Below are positions 55,888-64,000 of a DNA stretch of 64,000 nt, piece by piece (position 1 is the stretch's first letter; the number at the start of each line of letters is the position of its first letter). Source of the DNA: the human T2T-CHM13v2.0 reference genome, Homo sapiens. The notes beneath the pieces were generated by a model that did no database searches, was not told where the DNA came from, and saw only the letters and a list, made by a program, of their open reading frames with translations. Both the position numbers and the translations under genes were made by a program. Location: assembly GCF_009914755.1 (NCBI RefSeq), contig NC_060932.1; one strand, 5' to 3'.

Positions 55888-58072
55888 ATCTTTGTCTTTT
55901 GACAATTTGATTGTATTATGTGTCAGTGTGGGTCTCTTTAAGTTCATCTCACTTGGATTTCATTGAATTTCTTGGATGTTTATATAATGTCTTGCATCAA
56001 ATTTGGGAAGTTTTCATTATTTCTTCAAATACTCTCTCTGCCCCCTTCTCCTTCTGATAGTTCCACAAAATGTATATTGGGTCATTTGATGCTGTTCCGT
56101 AGGTCTGGTAGGCTGTGTTCACTTTTCTTTATTTTGTTCTTTCTGTTCCTCAAACTCAGTAACATCCATTGTCCTATCTTCAAGTTCAGTGATTCTTTCT
56201 TCTCCCTGCTTAAATCTGCCTGTGAATTCCTCTAGTGAATTTTTCATTTTAGTTATACTTTCAGTTCTAGGATTTGTTCTTGGTTTTTTTTTTTTTATTT
56301 TAGGTTTTCTCTTTATACTTACATTTTGTGCATACGTAAAGTCTTTGAGTAGATCTGTCATTGGGTCTTTTTCAGTGACAGTTTCTGATTTGTTTTCCTT
56401 TGAATGGGCCATATTTTCCTTTTTATTTTCATGCGTTGTGACTTTTTGCTGAAAACTGGGTATTTGAATGTAATAATGCGGTAACTCTGGGAATGTGATT
56501 CTTCCTCTTCCCGAAGGTTTACTATTTTTTTTTGTTTTTATTGTTATAGGCTTTCTCTATGTCAAGGATCAGCCTGAGGTATAAACTTACAGTCTTCACA
56601 GCTTCTTTTTTAGCCTGTATCTTTACATGGCCATGAATAGTCATAATTTTCCGCATATATGCAATTATTTTTGAATGCCCTAGTCTTTAATGTCTGGCTG
56701 CCAAAAGGGGGAAAAAATTAAGGAGGAGGGATTTTTAAAATGTAATCACTAGATTACCTAGGTTTGAGTTGGATTTTCTTCTCTGTAAAATGAGGATAAT
56801 ACTAATACATCTATGTCATAGGGTTGTTTTTATAAAGTAAATCAGCTGATATGTAAAGTGCTTAGAACAGTACCTAATAGGTGGTGTTTGTTATTTTGGT
56901 TTATCAGATTTGTGCAGTTTAAGTTCATCTCTCCTGTTCCCCTTTCTTTTCGTATCATTTTGAGTAACAGTGTAACTAAGCAGCACTTCAGTAAAATAGA
57001 TTGTAATTACTGCAAAAACTGCCCTATGTTATTTCTACAAGTGTTTATTTAGGGCCTGTCTTTAAAAGCTAGGAGGTCACCTCAGAAGGCAACAGTAATT
57101 TGGAAGGACAGAGGGTCAACACCCTCACCAACAGAGAATGAAGTTTTTTGGGTAAGTTTGCCAGGACATTGCAGGTTAAGGTTGAGCTTGGGTTTGGGAG
57201 GGATGGTGCAAAGAGACAGGGGTGAGTCTTAGCATTGCTAAAGGAATAGCCACCATTTTCTAGATTAATGATCTTCTAAATATTGTAATTGCTTAAGTCT
57301 GCCTGATTTTGTCACCCTTTATCTCTTCTTATCCCATTGTCCTTGAACACCCATTTTTTCAGTTCCGGACTGTCTTGACCTTCACATGCAATCCTTGTTT
57401 TATTCATTTTATTCTTGCATCTGATAGCCAGATTCCAACATTAAGAAAGACCTTACAGTCTGTAATATTTGTAAACTAAGTAAGTAATGTTGGAAAGTCC
57501 TTCTGGCCAAATTTAACATCCTGCTGACTGAAGAGTCATCCCAGTTATTCTGGCTTCAGATTATGAGTCTCCAAAGTGTGTAGATACATAATTCATTTTA
57601 CCCACTAACATGCTTTTAAAGTTCCCCAAGACAGGGCCAAAGAATAAATAAAATTGAGATCTGAAGTTCTGTCCAGAAACCCACAGGTTCATTTCTTCAT
57701 TCTATCAACATTTTCCTACTTCTGCTAAAAATACAGCAGTTTATTGCAGCTCAGAAACTGGCAGGGACTGGGAGTGGGAAGATGGGTAAAAAGAAATCTG
57801 TGTATAAACAAGTTTATGATTTAGACAAAAATTCACATATTTGCTTTATGTATCAATAGTTGATCATTATTCCTCTGAAATTTAATGAACACTCTTACTC
57901 AAATGTGGATGTAATTAGACTGTTGATGAAATCTTTCCATCTTGATTTGTTTCTTGTGGCTGTCTTTTGCTGTCATGGCATACAACTGAACCTACCCTCC
58001 TCGTGCTTTGGTCCCAGTATTTTATATTTTAATCTACTTAGCAAGCACATCCTTTTTACTTTGGTGGGATAG

Positions 58073-58555
<483 letters not shown>

Positions 58556-59673
58556 TGACAGTTTGTCATACACAGCTCCTTCAAAACGGGGACCAGATAC
58601 CACCCCCAACAGAGCATATGTCACTGAATAGGTTGCATTAAGAAGGGCTCATGGAGGCTTCCCAAAATTTCTTTCTGTCTAAGATCTTAGCAGACCTGAG
58701 TCACTACCCCTAAGTGATCATCTATCCTTCTACTATTTTGCTGAAGAATGGAGATTTCTTAATTGTGGGGCTATCAATATTCTGCCCACCTGTCACAAAG
58801 GGATTTTCAAGCTTCTGTCTTCACTGAGCACAGAGTAGTTATTTATGTGATTTCTCAAAGCCTTTTTGTTCTTAAACCTCAGATGACACATATATCCTGC
58901 CTCATTTACATGGATGACTCACACATTTTATGGCGTGGAGAGGCTGTGGCCAGCAACAATCATATATCACTGCCGGTGTGTGGCAGAGAAGGACAGCTGG
59001 AAGTCCATTCCCAGGCAGGGCTCCTTTTAGTATGAAGGCTTCACCTACATTAATGTCATTAAAGCAAAGCACGTTTTGTCCAAATTATCCTCCATGGTCC
59101 CCCTATAAAATTGCCTAGTATTTGTTCAGATTGTAAAGCAGCTGGAGAAGATGAAACAAAGAGGCTAAAACTACACACATTAATTCGGATTTGGGAAGAG
59201 CTAGCTTTTCTGCAGAACATTCTATGTAATGCTGGCTTTTTCCTGGAAGAAGCTGACTTTTCTCATAAATTAGTGCAGCAGGCTTCCTGCAAAAATGTCA
59301 CTGTGTTTGCCAGTAATGTGGGGAATAGCCCATTAGCTCCAGGCTCTTACTTGGGTTTTTGCAGATGATGCACTTGAGTCCTCATCCTGACACTATCAGA
59401 GGATGGCAGTGGCTGTGCCCGGGAGCCCCAAGCTTCCCACTACACATGCCCAGGACTGGACCCTTGTAGTTCCCTGTCCTGCTCTTGGAGTCCTGAGGTT
59501 GCCTAGAGGGGCCTCAGAGGCAAGGGGCAGGTACAGTGGGTGTGTGAGAACCTAAGAAGAGAGAGTCTGCTTTGGGGGTTTCACTTGGAATTTTGAATAG
59601 AAAAGGGGTTCTACTGTTTAATTTAGTATTTTAAAAGCCATGTGTTTGTCATCAAACATTTGTTATCACATGC

Positions 59674-60428
59674 TTTTTTTAAAAAAAAGACAGGGTGTTG
59701 CTCTGTCACTCAGGTTGGAATGCAGTGGGGTGATCACAACTCACTGCAGCCTTGACTGTCTGGGCTCAGGTGATTCTCCCACTTCAGGCTCCTGAACAGC
59801 TGGGAATGCAGGTGTATACCACCACACCCAGATGATACTTTTTGTTGTTCTTTGTAGAGATGGGGTCTTGCCAAGCTGGAAATGCAGGTGTATACCACCA
59901 CACCCAGCTAATAGTTTTTGTTGTTCTTTGTAGAGATGGGGTCTTGCCAAGCTGGAAATGCAGGTGTACACCACCACACCCAGCTAATAGTTTTTGTTGT
60001 TCTTTGTAGAGATGGGGTCTTGCCAAGCTGGAAATGCAGGTGTACACCACCACACCCAGCTAATAGTTTTTGTTGTTCTTTGTAGAGATGGGGTCTTGCC
60101 AAGCTGGAAATGCAGGTGTACACCACCACACCCAGCTAATAGTTTTTGTTGTTCTTTGTAGAGATGGGGTCTTGCCAAGCTGGAAATGCAGGTGTATACC
60201 ACCACACCCAGCTAATAGTTTTTGTTGTTCTTTGTAGAGATGGGGTCTTGCCAAGCTGGAAATGCAGGTGTACACCACCACACCCAGCTAATAGTTTTTG
60301 TTGTTCTTTGTAGAGATGGGGTCTTGCCATGTTGCCCAGGCTAGTCTCAAACTCCTGGTCTCAAGTGATCCTCCCGCGTCAGCCTCCCAAAGTGCTGGGA
60401 TTATGGGCATGAGACACGGCATCTGGCC
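59674..60428 (-). mobile_element. AluJ expanded by an internal minisatellite
   Basis: Both Alu ends intact; TSD atcacatgctttttt (59665-59679, 60435-60449). Confidence 0.92.
59798..60329 (+). repeat. Alu-derived minisatellite, 7 x 76 bp
   Basis: Unit agctggaaatgcaggtgta(t/c)accaccacacccagctaatagtttttgttgttctttgtagagatggggtcttgcca, starting at 59798, 59874, 59950, 60026, 60102, 60178 and 60254. Confidence 0.97.
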
Positions 60429-60544
60429 ATGGCCATCACATGCTTTTTTATTTTTGTACCATCACATGCTTTCTGGACAGTTTCTTCTGACACAGCCAGA
60501 TCATGATGCCTGACTTCTTTATGCCAAGGGAAAGTAAGTAAGTA

Positions 60545-60790
60545 AGTAGTGGTTAAGAGCATGTCCCTGGGGCCACAGTGCCTGGCTTCAAATCTGAGTC
60601 TCCCCATTAATTACTTGTGTGGCTTTAGGCAGTCACATGACTCTGTCCTTCTGTCCCTGATCTGTATAATGCAGATCAGTAGGGTTGTTCCTGCCTCAAT
60701 ATGTGCATGTAATTTGTTGGTAATATTTGTAAAGCATGAAGAACTGTGTGGCACATAATAAGCCCTAGTTAATAAGCGTTAGCCATTTAA
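60545..60790 (+). mobile_element. MIR
   Basis: gtagtggttaagagcatg...gtaaagcatgaagaactgtgtggcacataataag. Confidence 0.75.
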
Positions 60791-61679
60791 GATAATGAAG
60801 TGAGGATGAATAACGCTAATAGTTCTGATCCTTGACTCATTAAGGAGCTTCTCAGTCCTCAGCAGCATGAATGCTAAGCTCAGATGTTGGAAGAGTCCAT
60901 GATGCACTGTCCCCACATCAAGGCATACTACACATACGTAACCAATCAAAAATGCATCTTCTTTAAGTTGCCAAGGTGAGAAATGAACACCCCTTTGTGA
61001 AATAAAGACTCATTTTATTTTCGGCTCATTCCAGGAAAATTCCATGAGCCTAGTGGGTTAAAAAGCATAGTGAGTTAAAAGCAAAACCCCAGAATAAGAG
61101 ACAAGAGCCCTGGAAGTGTCATTTGCTAATCCTGCAAGCTTGGGCACTTGCCTTTTCTGCGTTAGTTTCCTCATCTATAAAATACAGATGACGATAATAT
61201 CAGCTCTGCTTTTTAGAGGAAGCAACTCTAAAATGCAGTGGAAGCACATTGAACAGTGTGGTATGCCAGGGCAAAGCAGGTGTTCTGTCTGAGAGAATGG
61301 GTGAGAGCAGGGGCTCTGAGGTCAGCCAGCCTGGGTCCAATTCCAGTGCTTCTCCTGACCTACCCAAATGACCTTAAGCAGGGTTTGCAAGTTTTCTCAC
61401 CAATTATTTGAGGATAATAACAATATATCTATGTAGGGTTGCGGTGAGGATAAAAGGAGGTGATACAAACTTTATTTGGCCATCTTTCATCTGATTTTTA
61501 AACACATTTTCCAGACACAGGAAGTTGTACAGATGTACCCAAATAATATTAGACCTCGTGGCACTTCAAAGAAAAATGAAATGCATCTCTTGTCCCTATG
61601 ATCACAATTCTTAGAATAGAGGCAGTGGCTGCACGGAAGTGTCCCACAGAAGGAAGTTTCAGACTTGATTATAAGACAC

Positions 61680-62050
61680 AAGCATTCATTAAACTCTTTT
61701 TCGGTCATCTTCTAAGTGGCAGGTGCTGAGTGTGTAAAAATAAATAAGATGGAGTAGTTGGCCTCTAGGAGCTCACATGGAAGTGGGGGAGGGCAGGACA
61801 GTCATGGCAGAAGGTTCTGTGAATTCTTGGAGGATTCTTGGATGGAGGGGAAAACTAGCTGAGTACACAGATGGAGGTAAGTACAGGTGAAACCCTGCAT
61901 TGACCACTTGAGTGCTCAGATGGAGGTGGGAGCAGGTGCTCAGCAGGTCTAGGAGAAACTGAGACTGACTGCCTAGACTAGGATCAGGACACGTCATGTT
62001 CTGGAGTTGAATCTTGCAGAGTGAGTAGGAGTTTTCCAGGAGGAAGCTGT
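61680..62050 (-). mobile_element. L2 fragment(s)
   Basis: cattcattaaac...ctaagtggcaggtgctg; gagtgagtaggagttttccagg. Confidence 0.5.
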
Positions 62051-62604
62051 GGAGAAAAATACCATTGAACTGCCCTGTGGGGCAGTCCCTGCCACTTGGA
62101 TTTCCAACCAGAGCCTGCTGGTGTTTGAGTTACTTCTGGGCTCTTCGGTCTGTTTACCATCTCCTATGCAAAAAATGTTTCCCCGGGGCCTTTCCTGGGC
62201 AAAATGTTTATTCTAGAGAGGTTTAGAGCTACGCTGTCCAGTTAGGGTAGCCCCTAAACACATGTGGCTTTTCCCATCAAAATGAATCACAAGCCCTATT
62301 TCAGAGTTCAGTAGCACATGTGGCAATATTTTCATTATCACACACAGAGAGGAGTGGGACCTCCTCCAGCTGCGACGGACCCTTGTGCTGCTGCTGTTTT
62401 GTAGGGTGTAGGCTCAGGAGTTTCAGTTCCTGCTCTGCCCCAGGCTCTTCAGGGCCAGACACTGCCCATCAGACCTCACGCAGTGACATCTACTTTCTTG
62501 TGGGCTGCCAGAGTTCTGCCAGTCCTGGCCTGGATTCAACTCTAAAATCAACAGACTGTTGCCTGGGTGAAGATATAGGTCACTAAACTGATAGCCTAAA
62601 ATAT

Positions 62605-62779
62605 TCCAACCTGGGCAACATGGCGAAACCCCATCTCTATGAAAATTGGCCAGGCATGGTGGCACGTGCTTGCAGTCCCAGGTACCCAGGAGGTTGAGGC
62701 TGCAGTGAGCTGAGATTGTGCCACACTGCTCCAGCTTGGGCAATGGAGTAAGACCCTGTCTTAAAAAAACAAATAAAAA
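62605..62779 (+). mobile_element. Truncated, internally deleted AluJ
   Basis: Partial Alu with an A tail. Confidence 0.85.
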
Positions 62780-62976
62780 TTACTGCTTTTCTCTAGCACA
62801 GAAATCCTCCTATGACATCAGGTTTGGTTTCTTTAAGCTGTGCAGAGAGGGCAGGTCAGAGGGAAGCAGCACCAATGTGTCATAGCCTTTAGGGGCTGGG
62901 ATGAAGACCCCTGCTTCAGAATTCTTAGAGTTGTGCAAAGGGCAATGCAGGGGACAAGTACCGTTAGGTTGACTGA

Positions 62977-63270
62977 GGCCGGGTGCAGTGGCTCACGCCT
63001 ATCATCCCACTATCATCCCAGCACTTTGGGAGGCCGAGGTGGGCAGATCATTTGAGGCCAGGAGTTTGAGACCTGCCTGGCCAACATGGTAAAACCCTAT
63101 CTCTGCTAAAAATACAAAAATTAGCTGGGCATGGTAGTGGGCTCCTGTAATCCCAGCTACACAGGAGGCTAAGGCATGAGAATCGCTTGAACCCAGGAGT
63201 CAGAAGTTGCAGTGAGCCGAGATCGCACCACTGCACTGCAGCTTGAGTGACTGTTTAAAAAAAAGAAAAC
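62977..63270 (+). mobile_element. AluS
   Basis: Dimeric Alu with an 11-bp micro-duplication (ctatcatccca x2). Confidence 0.9.
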
Positions 63271-64000
63271 GTGGAATAAGTCCTCAGTAATCAATATCTG
63301 ACATTAGATTTTGGTTTTGTGCTCAAGAATTCCCTATCCCAGCAGATGAACCTCATTGCTTGGCAGTAATCACAGCCAGGACACCCCAAATGCACACAGT
63401 GCCCCTGATGGATTCATGACAGATGGATTCATGACAAACTGTACATTGACCTGTGTATTTAGCTGCACCAAGCCAGTTTGCTATTAAGGAATAGTAATCC
63501 TCTTACAAAGCAAAAAAAGCAAAGACAAACTACCACTTGGATCATTCAAAGCCTAGGCTCCAGGGCACTGCCCTTTGGAACCTGCCCTCTGTCCCATGGT
63601 GTACAAGGAGTCTCCACTATGACCTGTGCTTTGCCATCAACATGATTGATTGGGTCCTGGTGTCCCAGGAGATTAGATGGCACCAAGATCTATGCGTAAG
63701 GCTAAGGGGCTTTTGGAAAGTTTCAGTTACAGTCACTACGACCTCATTTTAAAAGGAATTTGACCTTACTTAGCCGAGGTTTGGTTATAAATTTCCAGAA
63801 TAGCTTTAATTTTAGGAATCCAGATTCATCTGGATAATTTCCAGATGTCATAAATTGTAACACCTGCCCCATCTGTTGAAACAGCCTGGAATTTCATAGT
63901 GAGCCGTCAGCCTAGGAGGAGGGAGAGATCTTTTTCCAAGATGCTGCTTCTCCTCCGGTCGTGGCTCCTTGTTTCTGAAGGGGACTTTTCAGGGTCATTG

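Noticed and set aside
59798-60329. Regular array resembling a CRISPR locus, with repeated minus-strand ORFs (MVVYTCISSLARPHLY...)
   Set aside because: There are no unique spacers, the unit is Alu sequence, there are no cas genes and the context is a eukaryotic intron. The ORFs only reflect the 76-bp period cycling through frames.

Overview
Primate (most likely human) genomic DNA covering the middle of the SH2D4A gene on the + strand. Six coding exons (5842-6001, 7573-7744, 30090-30170, 34090-34201, 36959-37169, 46421-46551) splice GT-AG in one continuous frame, from ...ENGKSVHW... to ...APWFH-G at the start of the SH2 domain. The start codon and the SH2-coding 3' exons are not in the window. 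The rest is intron, about half of it transposon-derived: about 32 Alus, two long decayed antisense L1M elements, MaLR/ERVL solo LTRs (THE1, MLT1, MLT2), DNA-transposon fossils (MER1A, MER58, MER46C, MER47, Tigger3), MIR and L2. Almost all entries in the ORF track are spurious. I see no prokaryote-type system, CRISPR array or new gene. The most unusual element is a 7 x 76-bp Alu-derived tandem array (59798-60329) whose junctions create six identical candidate in-frame 30-nt micro-exons. Other items are two more Alu duplications starting at the same Alu position, a spaced ~127-bp duplication, two strong hairpins, a NAGNAG acceptor and some candidate regulatory motifs. Repeat boundaries and subfamily names were assigned by eye and are approximate.
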